64,000 bases of DNA from Cercozoa sp. M6MM (GCA_040357565.1 JBDODJ010000002.1); one strand, 5' to 3'. Shown: positions 1 through 13,492, counted from the stretch's first letter. A program made the numbers and translations. The notes: generated from the sequence alone by a model not told the origin.

Positions 1-1450
1 GAGACTCAGCGAAACGAAGGTTCAACATACAACTGCAAGAGCCAAGAAGTGGACAATACACAAACACTTAGTCATGCTATCAACAAATGTTGAATCCGTA
101 TTTACCACATCGACAACGAAATCGAGTGGAAGCAACTTGCGCTGCAGCTGCTGAGTTCTGCAGACACTGCCGGCTGCTTGCATTCGTGTTTCCACACGAA
201 AGCTACGTGAACTCACATAATTTTGTCATCGAAAACAAGTCATTTAGAGGTTACAACTCAGATTGTTGAAAATGACGCAACTCGTCGTCCTGGTTGATAG
301 TCTTATCCTCAAGGAGTTCCGATTCCTCCATCTGCTTGAACTCTTCATCAGAAGGCAAGACTGAAGTCACATTCCATTCTTCAAGTTTTGCTTCAACCTC
401 TGCTGTGCTTGGGTTGCACTAGCGAACAGCAAAGTTGTAAGAAGCAGATAAACTCTTTGAGATCAAGCAAAAAAATAACCTTGAAGTCGAAATTGACTTG
501 CGATGGCGACAGCAGCGCAAATTCACGCATCGGGAGTTGCTTTTGCAGACTTCGCACTTGTTGGTTCACGTATCGATCAAAGATACCGCGAGATCTGACG
601 ATATTGTTCCAAGGATAGATAGTTCGAAAGACATAAAAATGTAGAAAGCGATATACTGGTGTTGTTTCAATTGCGATGAAACTTCGTGTTGAAAGTCATC
701 CGAAGTCTCGGGAAGCTTGAATCGTTTCCTGTATGTGTAGCAACAAACAACATGCCCGATTTGCGGCCAGGTGTGTTTGCTTCAAGAGCGAGGCACCACA
801 AAAGCGGCCGGAGTTTAGCAGCGTGGAGATGTCGTTTGGAAGCGGTGAGTTGCAGGGTTAAGCGAGGGTACAGAAACGTGTCTCTACAAATGGAAATTAA
901 TTTGTTTTTTTTTTTTTGCCAAGGAAAACACAACTAAAGGTGAAGATACGCATCGCTAACCTCGCCCAGCGGTGCGGTCACCAGCAAGTCACCTGTAGTC
1001 ACTGAGAATGAGCTAGATTATGCCAAACACAGAGGGAAACGCACGGTCGATTGTCCACGCTTGCACCTCGTCTTTGTGAATCTGTTTGCGTAACATTGCG
1101 ACGTCTGATTCCGAGAGAAAGCTTCAAAACAAAAGACTTTCTGTTTTACGCAAAAAACCATGATGACCTTTTGATTATCCACTCACCGAGTGCAAAGCCG
1201 CACCGAGTCGCTGCCGCTGTAGAAGCGCAAGTCGAGATTGTCAACTGAAACAAGCAGTCCATTTTCTGGTCAAGAACTGGGTGAGATTTTGAGTCCAAAC
1301 AACGGTACGGTCGGAGCAGAGGTAGGGCGGAGGCGCATGTTGCAAGAAGGAATGTGAGGAATTGCCAATCCATGACAGTTGCGCGCTCACTCGTTCGCTC
1401 CGCTGCAGCGCTGCAGCAACGCCGCTTGACAGCATCGCGAGCCGCCACAT
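1..1450 (-). CDS. Multi-exon hypothetical protein, weakly resembling the lumenal domain of TM9SF/EMP70 (3' end runs off the window)
   Basis: Hand-spliced exons MWRLAMLSSGVAAALQ...LDLRFYSGSDSVRLCTR/FLSESDVAMLRKQIHKDEVQAWTID/...DTFLYPRLTLQL.../ELRHFQQSEFF, separated by ~50-65 nt GT-AG introns. The family call rests on loose motif spacing only. Confidence 0.35.
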
Positions 1451-1765
1451 TCTGAAGGCTTCGACGAACAATTTAGCGCGGAATACGGCCTTTCCGGAGC
1501 GTCAGCCTGGCCCTGAATTAACTGCAAGCAGACACGTGCGCAGCTCGGAGTTTCCCAATCCATAAAGACAGTTGTCGAAACGATCAAGCAGTGGCAAGAC
1601 CAAATAAGGACACATAATGGCTGCGTGTTCTGCTTGAAAGACTTTGAATCTGGCTGCGGGGGAGGAGTCTTTATTTCGCAATAGTTATTGGCGCTCAAAG
1701 TTCTGCTCATGGAAACCAACAGGCTAGAGTACCTGACGTGACCCGAGCCGTGTATCACCTGTAGC

Positions 1766-4649
1766 ATGTCAGATCCAATCGACCCAGGCGAGGAGAAGCA
1801 CGCTCTGGTGCATTCTGTCCGGTTTCATTTGTGTTTTGATTTATTGGTGCTCCATGTGTGCAGGTTGGCTTGAATGTCTTCCTTTTTGTCGTTTTCGTTG
1901 TCGTTTGTCTCGTGATCGGTGCGTCGGTCTTGGCTGAATCCAACGCATCCAAATCAATGGCGATTGCGATATGTTGGGCAGGTTATGTGCTGCGGGTGCG
2001 GCGCCTGATGTGGCTGCCCGAGAGTGGCGCGCACATGCTCTTCGGTCTGGTCATTGGTATTGTTTTAATCCTTGTCCATACGTTCCATTCATATGTTCGC
2101 TGGTGTCATCATGCTTGCTCAGGCGGTTTCTTGACACTGCTCGGTCCTGATGAGGTACCTCAGTCACTGTCACCTTCTTACTGTGTAGCCGCAGTTTTCT
2201 ACACTTCCTTTAGGTCGAGTACATCACGTTCGACCCAGAATTGTTCTTTTTCGTGCTGCTGCCGCCAATTATTTTTGAGGCCGGCTTCACGCTCAAGCAG
2301 AGAGAGTTCTTTGGCAATATTGGCGCCATTCTTTCCTTTGCTGTCTTGGGTACTGTGTTCGTTAATCTCCTTTACCTCTTTACTACTGCTGCCCTTTCGT
2401 TACACACAGGCACGTTGGTGTCGACACTGGTGATTGGATTGTGCATCTACGTGCTGGCACTGGCGTAGCGCTCCTGAACTCAACTCTGTTCTTACATACC
2501 GCTTTTCCCCCCCCCCCCCCGCAGCCATGTTGTGCCACTGGACCGCGAGTCTCCACTGGAATCGCTGTTGTTTGGCGCCTTGGTACGTTCTTGCAGAAGG
2601 ACGTGCCTTAGCACACTTAGACGATAAGCATGTACTCTGTGAACGAAGATCTCGGCCGTGGACCCGGTGGCTACACTGGCGATTCTCGGCAACGAACACG
2701 TCAACGCCGATCGCACACTCCGAGCACTTGTGTTTGGGTAGTTTTCTTTCTGTTGCATTGTTTGCTGTTTGTGTTTTGTAATTGATCGTTTTTGGTTTCA
2801 TCCAATGTGTGCTCAGTGAGAGCGTGTTGAACGACGCGGTGTCGATCGTGCTATTCAACTCGCTCAAGAAGTTTGGTGAGCAGCGCGAACGCGCTAAAGG
2901 CGACGATGACTACGGTTTGTAGATTTTGTATTTTCTCGGATACTCGCGTGGATGTGTTGTTTGTGTATGGCGATAGAGGCCGTGTCGATGGGCAACGCCG
3001 TGAGTATTATTTTCTGGGACTTTTGGGGCGTCTCACTCGGCTCACTTTTGGTATCATTTCTATTAGATGGACCACCATGCAAGTTGGACCGTGTGCTTTC
3101 GTGACACATACAACAGGTCGGTGTGGGTCTCGCCTTGTGCTGCTCGTTTTTGCTGCGACGCGCGAACCTGCACCATGATCCTGCGTAGCGGCCTTCCCTT
3201 TGAGCTCTTTCTACCTTCCCCTTCCCCTTCCCTCAATATTACCCCTTGGTATAGCTACGAGTTCGCCGTGTTTATCCTTTGTGTATTCGGCACCTACTCG
3301 CTGGCAGAGACCCTCGAGTTTAGCGGCGTCATTTCTGTACCTGATTCCCTTTCCCTCTTCCCAACCTTCTATGTTTGTTTCCTACGCGTGTGCAGTTGTT
3401 CTGCTGTGGCATTGTCATGTCGCACTATGCAGTATGTTTCGTTACCTTCTGTTGCCCTCTTGCCGCCCCCTCTACTCTCTTTTCCTTTCCTGCAGTTGCA
3501 CTCAATGTCGCGAATCGCTCGAAATGCAACCAAGTGTGTTATTTTGTGTTTTGTTTGTGCTTGGGCATTTTCTTCTATTGTGAAAACAGACACATTTTCA
3601 AGACGTTTGCGATGCTCGCGGAAACCTTTGTTTTCGTGTATCTCGGCATCACTGCGGGTAGACCTGTTCCTCCCTCTGTTTCTTCTCCTTCTCTGTCCTT
3701 TCAATCCTTTTACCCCACAGGCATCTCGTTCGCGCCGTCTCAGCATATGGTGTGGAGCGTCATGTTCATCCTGTTCACGATCCGTACTACTCCTGCTCCT
3801 TGCCCTTTCGTCTTTTTATCTCTAAATTTGGTACTGTGTGTAGTGCTGTGTTTCGCATCGCGCGCGTGCCACATCTTCCCGTTTTCGATGCTGCTTAATC
3901 TGCGTCGTCGCAAGCGCATCACGCGGCCCATGCAAGTGGCTTTACTCCTACCCCTGCCCCGTGTCGCCCTTGACCCCTCCGTGCGTAGGTCGCCATGTGG
4001 TTCAGCGGTCTGCGCGGCGCCGTTGCTTTTGCGTTGGCGCTCAACGTGCCGGCCTTCATGGTCGGTCGTGGCGCCATTGTGGTCAGTTTCTTTCGGGATC
4101 CGCGCGGGTGTGAAATATGGTTATGCTTGTAGACAACGACGCTGAGTGTGGTGTTCTTCACAACGCTCGTGCTGGGCGGTCTCACGGAGCGCATGCTGGA
4201 GAAACTGCAGTTGAAGAACACACCAGTTTCACTCGACGGCAACGCTGACAGCGACGACAGCGACGTCTTCTTCGACTCGTCGAATCGTTTTGTGCAGTGG
4301 TGGCTGCGACTGGACCGGTACGACACCTCTACCCGCCTTTACTTCTTCTACCCTACCCCTTCTTCCTACCCCTTCTCCCTTCCATCGCAGTGACGTGCTG
4401 AGACCGATGTTTGGCGGCGGTGACAACTCACGCAACGACGACGACGACGACATCGATGAGGACGACGGGAACGACACGGCGCTGCCTGTGTCACACCGAT
4501 CGTCGCCCGTATCGGCGCGTTTCTCCATCAACACTGACGATAGTGACAGCGAGGTTGCACTCGTCGATCGACGCTCGAGTCCCCGCAATATCCATGACGA
4601 CCACACCGAGATCGACATGAGCGAGATCTCAATTCCGCCGGCACCGTAA
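1766..4649 (+). CDS. Na+/H+ exchanger, CPA1 family (NHE8/SLC9A8-like), 20 exons
   Basis: Spliced motifs [82 protein letters not shown]; 19 GT-AG introns keep the frame; acidic C-tail ends at TAA 4647-4649. Confidence 0.93.
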
Positions 4650-5176
4650 AATGAACGCCGAGACGAAGTCGTTTCCGTTCACTCGACTTGCGCGCTTGCG
4701 TTGCGGGCTTCCTTTTGGAAGCTTGAGCTCATGCCACGACTGAACTATCCTTCGTTCGTTTATCCATCTAACCGGACACGACGTTGTTACTGACGGTTGT
4801 CAGTGAAAAGAACTAAATAAAAGAAGTAAGTCGTCAATTAGACGAAGCGAGGGAATCAATTGATTCAATTTGTAGAAGCGAAGTGGAGAATTTCCCCAAC
4901 TGGGTTCTTACGTCAAACTATGCGATCTAAGACCGCCACACTACTTGGCACGTTAGTGGGAGTGCTAACTAACCAAGCGATCACCCTAAAAGCGAGGAGT
5001 AATCTGCGTAAAACCTAGGCCTGTCGCTGAGGGTAATTTACGCAGATTACGTTTTCCGCTTTCTCGAGGATATACGATCCTGGAGAGCTGCTCGAGCAGC
5101 CAAATATTATAAACTGAACTACAGCAGTACGCATTCGGCTACCGTATTGGACAGTCAAATCCCAAGCGCAGATTCA

Positions 5177-7332
5177 CTACAAAGCAGCCATGTGCTCTTG
5201 CGTCGCTTGCGGCATCAATGCGGCCAGCACGACACGTGCCGCATCCGCCTGGGCCTGTGCATAGCATTTGAAGATACGATTCTGGCCAGCGCATAAAAAG
5301 TTCCACCTCGGACAGCTGCGGTAGAAGTTGCAGCACGTGTTGCGCGATCACGTTCGTCCACTATCAGAAGAAGGAGAAGGAATAAAGGAGGGAATCAGAC
5401 GAAGAAAAGTACGAAGGCGAACTACGCTGACTGAGGTGAGATCGAGCTCGGAAAACACTCGATCCAAGCCGAACAGAAAGGTCGAAACGTCCTCGTCCGT
5501 TACGCCTTGAAGCGTCGGCCTGAGAGGATGACACGAGCATAGTTTGAAACTATAGCAACAGGGGCAAAGGGAAAAGTACTGCGGCCAGTGCGGCGAACGG
5601 TCCTTGTCAACCAGCAGTGCGCGAACACCCTCGGCGAACATGCCGTTCTTTTGGGAGTGGATATCAGGTAAGAGGTTTAAAGAGATAACAAAGACATTGT
5701 TGTGTACCTTGTCGACGACGAAACAGAAGGCCAAGTAACGCTCCAGGGCGTACGCGTCTTCAATCGACGGCGCTTGGGCACCAGTCTAAAGGATAATGGG
5801 ATACAAGAACAAGGGGAAGGAAGAGGGTAAAAGGCGCACCTGCAGCTGCCAGTGCACGAGTCGCAGCGCCAACGGCGACATTTTCGACAGCGTCTTCAGT
5901 TGCTTCTGTGCCCTATTTGGTTCATTCATAAGGCGCGTACCTTCAGAAAAAAGAGAAACACAGGGGGTACCATTCCTTGTGCTCAGTTTCCAAAAGTTCC
6001 TCCAGTTCCACCACAATCTCACTGTGCACGGGGGGGGGGGGTAAAGGAGGTAAAGCGAGTTAGGGGACAAAGATACGCCACAGACGCCTTGCCGAATGCA
6101 CGGTGGATCAGTGGAAGGTGCGCGGCGAAACTCGGCGGCGGCAACTCCTCTCGAGGCACCGTCAGTCCGCCTGTGGGGCAAAGGGTACAGAAGGCAACGA
6201 GGGGGGTATAACTTAGGCTACACTCAGGCACGGCATCGGAGGAGCTGTCTTCGCATAGCATGCGATGCAGCTCGGTCAGTGCCTCGTCCGAAGCGACGAA
6301 GTGCGTCGCAATTCCCGCGTGCACCAGGTCGGCGCCCTTCAGTCGCGCACCTGGAGGGATAACGAAAATCACAGAAAGGGCAACAGGAGTAATGGGGATC
6401 GCATCACCAGTGAGAGCGAGGTAGGTGCCCAGCGCAGCGTCGTCACCGTCGATGCCTGCGGCAGAGGCAAAAAAATATGCAAGGGTAAAGTGCAGCAGTG
6501 TAAGGTCACACCAGCACGTGGCAGGTGCCAGGTGCCGCCGACGTCGCAGAAGAAACCAATTGCCTGTTCGTTTTGAACAGTGGCTAAACGAAAGGTCCAA
6601 AAATGTAAAGTTTAAGTGTACCGTTTCAGGCATGGCGTACAGCGACGACGGCGAGGCCACGCGCGTGTCGCCGTTCAACGAAACTCCAACGCCTGTTTAC
6701 GAGTGCAGAGGGTATGTAAGAGGCAAGACAGACACAGAGAGGGGTAAAGTACCGCCGCCCATGACGATGCCGTTCAGAACGGAAACAAACGGGACCGAGC
6801 AGCGCGCGATTTCAAGGTTCATGTCGTACTCCTGGAAGGGGTCAAACAGTAAGATGGGGCGAGTGCAATTGTGAGTAAAGAAGTAAAAGCACGAATTACC
6901 TCATTGAAGAACGAAGCAGCATGCGCGTACTGACTGCGGGGGAGGAGGGATAGAGGGCGAGAGGAATGGTAACAGTGACATGTACCCCTGCACGATGTCG
7001 TTGCGGATGGAAACAACGTCACCGCCTACACGTTCCTTAATTCAGACAACACTGCGTAAACTAAAGGTGCACTCACCGGCGCAGAAGGCCTTGTCGCCCT
7101 CACCGCGAACAACGACGCGATTAATGCCGCTGTGGCAACGTTTACGTCAAGCACCACCCACTTCCTTAATTTTACGTCAAAAATACCTCTGAGGCGTGAC
7201 TTGGGCCAGCGCTTGCGACAGGAGACGCACCATGTCGGCATCGATCGCGTTGAGTGCCTTCGGCTTTCGAAGCACCAGTTGCAGCGGACCTGCCGCACTC
7301 TTCATGACGCCAATCTTGCTTAACGAAGTCAT
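5177..7332 (-). CDS. HIBCH: 3-hydroxyisobutyryl-CoA hydrolase (crotonase family)
   Basis: LRKPKALNAIDADMV, GEGDKAFCAG, NGIVMGGG, YAMPET, GTYLALTG-ARLKGADLVHAGIATHFV, KMSPLALRL, FAEGVRALLVDKDRSPHW. The last intron and stop position are inferred. Confidence 0.88.
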
Positions 7333-7585
7333 CCTTTCTGTAAGTACACACCACTAAGCACACTCAATCGAAGTGCAACCACAGGCGTCGCTTTTGCTAT
7401 TTCAGTTAAGGAAGCGTCCAAAGCGCGCCTGTGTTGGCCTTTTAGTCCTGTACAGGAGCAGTTAGAGCTGCCGGCACTCTTCTTGCGCCCAAGGTGTATA
7501 GTGCGGTCTATTAAGCTGCCCCAGATCGGTGATCTGGAGGTGCGCACCAGGAATCGACTGCCCGGCCTTGTTGTTTTCTAAGACC

Positions 7586-10014
7586 ATGGCACGCGACAGT
7601 GGGTTGTTTTTTAGTTGGCTTCCCTCGAGCTCCTTTCCTCACTCGTTTTGTTTGAACAGCTGATGAGACGAAACCGCTGTTCGCCGCGTACAGCAAGAGC
7701 AAAGCTACAACGCAAGTTTCGACGAGTGGCGAAACGAAACCGCTCGAGTTCTTTGAAGCAGCCAAAATTGCGTTCAACGAACCGCATTCACAAGCTGGAT
7801 TTCTTGTCGTCTTTCTCGCTTTGCTGAAGTTTCTCTACGAAGCTTTCGCGATTTCGCAACCTTTCAACACGCCGCACGGCGAGTCCTCCGGTCTTGATGG
7901 TGTCAGGTGCAAGCGTCCATTGTTTTGGCTTTTTCGAGTTCAGTTTTATCAATCAAAAAGCGTGTTTGTAGTGACGAAGGCGCGTGGATTCCCGGTCGAA
8001 AGATCGATCTGGCGGATTCGCAATGGCGACATTTTCGCAACTCGATTCCACTTCTAGTGCTCGGCGTGCTCGTTTTCACCGTGCTGTCGCGCGCTTGCCG
8101 AGTTCTCGATGCACGTTCGTACTGTCCTCTTGATTTGAGAACCTTAAGCGAATAGCTTTTTTGTTTGACACCATGGCATGTTTTGACATTGTCAACATGA
8201 GTAACTTTTGCTTTGTGTACGAAGGAAACGAATGGCCGGCGAGTTGCCAAAGTGGCGCATGCGTTTCTACCTGCTGGTGTCGGCCGGAATGTGCAGCTAC
8301 GTGTTCGGAGCGCCGGTGATGTTTATGCTGACCATCGCGTGTGTCACTTTTGCGATCGGTGAGTGGTCCGCACGGGCGGAATCGACGCGATCGCCGCTGT
8401 TGACGTGGACGTTTGTGTCGGTGGTGATGTTTTGCAACGAGCGCTACAATGGCTACAGTTTTGGGTCACTGCTGGGCCAGTCGTTTGCGTGGTTGGACGA
8501 ATATCGCGGTGAGATTCCGTGGCACTGGCTCTTCAATCTTGTGGTGTTGCGGATGATCTCGTTCAACGTGGATCGACACTGGGTGCTGACACATCGCGAG
8601 GAAACCGATTCTTCGGGACGCTTGGTCACCTTTGCTCGGCACTGCGAGAAGTGTAAACACTGGTGTGTTTGCCTTACTATCCCTCGTCGCTTCTACTCTC
8701 TGTCTTTACTCTCGGTCTTTGTCGCTGACAGTGCAAATCTCGGCGACGAAACCGGCGCGTGTTTGAATTGGCGCACGCGCGCCAAACAGGACGCGTCGAT
8801 GTTCACGCTGCCGAACTTTCTGGCCTACTGCTTCTACGCGCCGCTGCTGTTGACCGGTCCGACCGTGTCCTTCTCAGCGTGGATCTCGCAGGTTAAGGTA
8901 CGACTGGAAATACAGTTTATAGATTTGTCAGTGTACGCGGACTGTACAAATTTATTGAACAGACTCCGCAACGGACAATGCCGAAACGCGCGATTTTCGC
9001 CTACTGCGTGCGCGTGGCAACGTTGTTGTTGGCAATCGAAGTGTTCACGCACTTTCTCTACATGTCGGCCATCTCGCATCGCGCGCAGCACGACCCGGCG
9101 CTGTACTACCCCCCCCCCCCCTCCCCGTTACCCGCTGTGTTGCCTTACTTCCGCCCTGCTTAGTCTGCAGAAGGTGGCAGGCGACTTCATCCGATTGCAA
9201 AGCGCGGGCTTCTTGGAACTCGCCTATCTGTGGCTGAAGTTCACCGTGATTTGGCGTTTTTCGCGCGCCTGGGCGCTGCTGGACGGCATCGAGGCTCCCG
9301 AGAACATGCTGCGTTGCTTTGCAGATCACTTGCGCGTGAGTGGATTCTGGCGCACGTGGCACACGAGTTTCAATCTTTGGCTCGTGCGCTACGTGTATGT
9401 TCCATTGGGTGGCAGTGGCAAGTACCTTAGATTCATACCTCATTCCTCTGTGCCTTGTTCCTGTACTCTCTCATTTGACCGTTTTTAGAGGCATCAAGTG
9501 GTGGCGCCGTGTTGTTAATGTTTTCGTCGTCTTTGTGTTCGTGGCCATGTGGCACGATATGACAATGCAGCTGTACATTTTCGTGTTTGTCTGGTCTGTT
9601 CATATGGATGTGGGACACTGTGTGTGCAGACTCACCTGGGGTCTCATGATGGCCGTCGCCATTGCTCCCGAGGTCTTGTTGGTCAATGCAGTCTACGGCA
9701 AGAAAGGCGCGCTGTCCAAGTGGAGAAACGCCTGGTTCATCGATCATCTGCGTGCAGTTGGCGCGTACGTTTTCCATTGTCTACCCCCCCCCCCGTACTC
9801 GTATCTATTGTATAGATGGTTTAACACGAACATGCTCTCGATGGCCAATCTCATCGGCTACGGCTATGGACTCAAGGGTCTTCAGGTTTCTCTCCAGAAT
9901 CTCAACGTGTGGCACGTACTCATGTGGAACATCTACCTCCTGGGCAATGCGTACGTCTGCATCGGCGTCCGACGTATGGAGAAACTCATGGGGCGCAAGA
10001 TGCCGGACCATTAG
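7586..10014 (+). CDS. MBOAT O-acyltransferase, GUP1/HHAT-like
   Basis: GAWIPGRKIDLADSQWRHFRN, FNLVVLRMISFNVD, YCFYAPLLLTGP, WLKFTVIWRFSRAWALLDGIEAPENM, FWRTWHTSFNLWLVRYVYVPLGG, FVAMWHD; TAG stop. Confidence 0.92.
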
Positions 10015-10316
10015 CTTAGTCCCAATTAAACCTATATACAGATGGACTCGTGACTTTTGTGCCTTCTAAAAAAAACAAAGGCCGTTTTAAGTGTCGGGCA
10101 CTTTGCAGGGACTAAGGTGACAGCAGTCAGGCTGCCAGAGTGAGTAGCCGTGATTTAAAGTGCTACGCTAGCGAACGCGACGTCAGATAAAGTAATGGTT
10201 TAATAGATAAAGATAAATACTAGGAACTCGCAATCAGGTCGATTCGATCCAATTTGCGCACGCACTGCGGTTGAAGACAACCGTGAACGCAAGCGAAGAC
10301 GAGGACGAGGATCCAA

Positions 10317-11110
10317 TCAAACAACATTGTCGACGCGTGTGCCGGATGGAATGGTGCCATCCCACTGCAGCGACGTCAGCGAAGGCAGCCAACTGCCGTT
10401 GCGCCGAGACAGCAGCATTGTGGCGTGGCCCCTGCAGGAGAAACACACATGCAGGAAGGAAAATGCGTCCGGATGTTCATAAACGATAAATACCATCCAA
10501 GCGAGAGAGAGAGCGCGCCCATGCTACGCGAGTCGCGGCTCACGGCAGCGTTGTCGCCTTCCACCCAAACGTGGTGTTTCGGCACATGCTGCGGCAGTAT
10601 CTCGTCTGCTCACAATGAATGATTCAAAAACCAAACTGAGTGAGCGAATCGTACCCTTGGGGTGCACTCGAGCACCGGGTGTTCCCACAACGCGCTTCAC
10701 GAGTGCATCGCGGCCAAACGGGTCCAGCATCACTAGAACTGAACCAAGTCGAATGTCTGGCTCCTACCGGCGGAAGGAACATACACACAAAAAACGAGAA
10801 ACAACAAAAGCAAACGCAGAGTTACAGCGAACTCGTTCCACTTTTTCACAACGAGAACGTCGCCGTGTCGCAATTGCGGCTCCATTGACGCACCGTCCAC
10901 AAAGAACAATTGGTACTGCACAGGCAGAGCAGCTCACATGGCACCTGAATGGGGGAGGAGACAGTCTACCTTGGACAGGAATCGCTTGTACAGCAGTCCA
11001 CCAGCGCCGAACGTGAGGAGAAATGCGCTGCCGCGAGTGACAAACCGCACAGGCAAATCGCTTGCCTCGGCTAACGCGTGCGTCATGTGCGCGAACGGAC
11101 GTCGAAGCAT
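10317..11110 (-). CDS. Mitochondrial inner membrane peptidase subunit (IMP1/IMP2, peptidase S26)
   Basis: VDGASMEPQL (catalytic Ser), LVKRVVGTPG (catalytic Lys), VPKHHVWVEGDNAAVSRDSRSMG. Confidence 0.88.
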
Positions 11111-11380
11111 TGAAGACACTATTTCTTTGAACTTTCAACAACTTGCTCTCGCGGAAGGGTTTTTCGTGCCAATAATCAGATTTTGATCGAGAGACTCGTC
11201 CGGCCGCGTTATTACCTTCGCTGACCACTAATAACCGCGGGTCAGCACGCTACACTAAGTGATAGAACACACTTGTGGGACCTTTGCACTTGGAGTGCCG
11301 ATCCCTAGACATAAAAATAAACATTTGTGAATGCGCGCGTTTTCAACATTGCCTAGGTCTCGTACGCGCTAAATTGGGCG

Positions 11381-12815
11381 ATGATTGTTTTTGTGTCGCC
11401 ACCCAAATGGCGTTTGCCGTGTAGTGATGCAGATTCTTTGGGCGCATTGGTATATGCAGGACCTGGCAATTTTGCGATGAGCGTTTTATCTCGTGTTTGG
11501 CTTCACAGATGGTGCTGAAAGCAGCAAATGCGCAGTTTGAGATTCGGCATGTCGCCAGGTATCGGTTTTCTGTGTCACTGAGACTGTTTGTTGTAGCCCG
11601 TCAATTAAATAGCGAGAACGCGAAACCTTTCGGCGAAGCTCTTCCGTCGGTCGTGGTGAATGGCACCCGTTTCTGTACACTGCGTGGCGTGTTGCGTTTT
11701 TTAAAAACGACAGTCTCTTTCAAAGGTACTGTATTGCTGATCGTGGTACTGTACTGTTATCACAATATACTTGATTAATTTGGTCTGCAGAGGAGCCAGA
11801 CGCGAGGGGTGTGCTCGAAGACCTCCGAAACCTGCGTCGCGGCACCTGCGACATCGTTGATGTCTCGGATTCGAAATACGCACATGATTCCGAAGATGCA
11901 GTGAGCGACCTCGACAAGTATGTCGACTCACTGCTGACTCGGGCCACTCAAGTGATCAAACGCTGTGGCAGGTATGTCATAAGTTACGGCCGCTTTCTAT
12001 GGTCTATGTTTTGTTGGTTTAACTTACTTTTTGCTCTTATCCCTGCAGTGTCTGGCGGCATTTTATTCTGGCAGAAATCTTGTTTTTGGTGGCGCGACCT
12101 GTCGAATGCAAAGTCACATGTGTGTTCCTTGGTTGTTTTGTACAACAAATCCCCGACTGTAAATTGTGTTTAATGGCGGTGCTGTGTTTGCTGCGTAGCG
12201 AAACTATACCGATACCCGGACTTGAGAGATGCGACAGAGGCCGAAATTTCTGTGGTCACTTTAGTTTTCTTTCGTTCTTGACCTTCCCCTACAAGTGTGT
12301 TCTTCTGCAGGCGCAGTGCATGGCCGACAGCACCCTGGTCGAGGGTACAGTGCTGCCCTTTCCCGAGAAGCAGCAACCGCAAGAGCTGCATCAAGACATA
12401 CAACACTTGATGCACCCTGCTCCAAGGTAGATCGTGCAGTTCCGTGATTTCAGTGTCTTTCACTGCCTAGGTGTTGTTGATGCAGCACATCGCTATCAAG
12501 TGTCGCCGCCATGTGTCTGTTCGGTGTTGCTCTTCTCAGTGTCGTTGCTACTACCGTATCTTTTCTTTTTCTGGATCGTTCTTTTTTCTAAGACGTGTGT
12601 TCCTACAGGTCGCGAGCGACGCGCGAATGGTGCGACGTGCGCGTGACATTGCCTCGAAGATTGTTGTAATTTTTTCCCACTGTTCCGCCTGCTTCTTTCG
12701 ATGTCGTTTGTGTTCAAACCTGCAGTCCCAAACCAAGCAGATGCAGGCAGATCAGCGTCGAATGCGACGCGGCCCTAGCACTAAAAGCGTCGTTCATGAA
12801 CGCGCCGTTCTATAG
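11381..12815 (+). CDS. Metaxin/Sam37-like protein with GST-N-like domain (C-terminal exon structure uncertain)
   Basis: Spliced N-terminus MIVFVSPPKWRLPCSDADSLGALMVLKAANAQFEIRHVASENAKPFGEALPSVVVNG...GVLRFL fits the metaxin pattern W-x-LP-x-x-D-x-x-(C/S)L...G-x-LP. Confidence 0.5.
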
Positions 12816-13492
12816 GTTGGTCGCGATCGCCATTCTACTTCGACTTCGCTTGGTACGGGCAACTCGCGTTGCGTCGATGATATTGATCGCGAACGTATAT
12901 GTGACCGACCGACAGTCTGCCATGGCGGGGCCAAATTACCACTTTTTGCCATAATTTGCCGCTTATTCTGAAACATTACACTTTTAACACGTTATTACAG
13001 CCAGTCAGAAGTATGGCGAGCATAAATGCATTTAAGTGGTCAAATAGAAACCTACTATGTCAATACATGCCAGCGGGCGTGCCAAGGATCAAAGAAACGC
13101 CAGCTTGGGTCGTCTTTTCCAGCTGGGGTCGTCCCACTTTTCGACTCGATCGTAAACGTCGTTACTGCCACATATTTCTCAACCCAATTTACGAGCTTGG
13201 CTCACGCGACCAGAAGGCAAGTCAGCTCATCTTTATACGAAATGAGTGGACATGGGTATGGTGTGTGCGTATGATCTTGTCGTGCAGGCCTCGCTTCTAC
13301 GTGCGACTTCGTGTCATTAACTTTACGCCTGACGAGGTGCTTGGCCTTGCTTTTTCGCCAATATCACAGTATTCTTGGTGAGTGAGAGGTCATATAAATT
13401 TACAGCGCACATAAGTTACATGTAATTTAAAGATGTACGGGTGGGCATCTATAAAGATGTACAGTGCACTGAAGCAGAAGAGAGTATGCAAA

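Noticed and set aside
4981-4992. CACCCTAAAA as a telomerase RNA template next to the hairpin
   Set aside because: Only about one repeat unit, whereas a template needs roughly 1.5; no other supporting elements were recognised.
12956-13381. 141-aa open frame between the metaxin-like and secreted-protein genes
   Set aside because: No recognisable motif and no consistent spliced model; cannot be supported as a gene.
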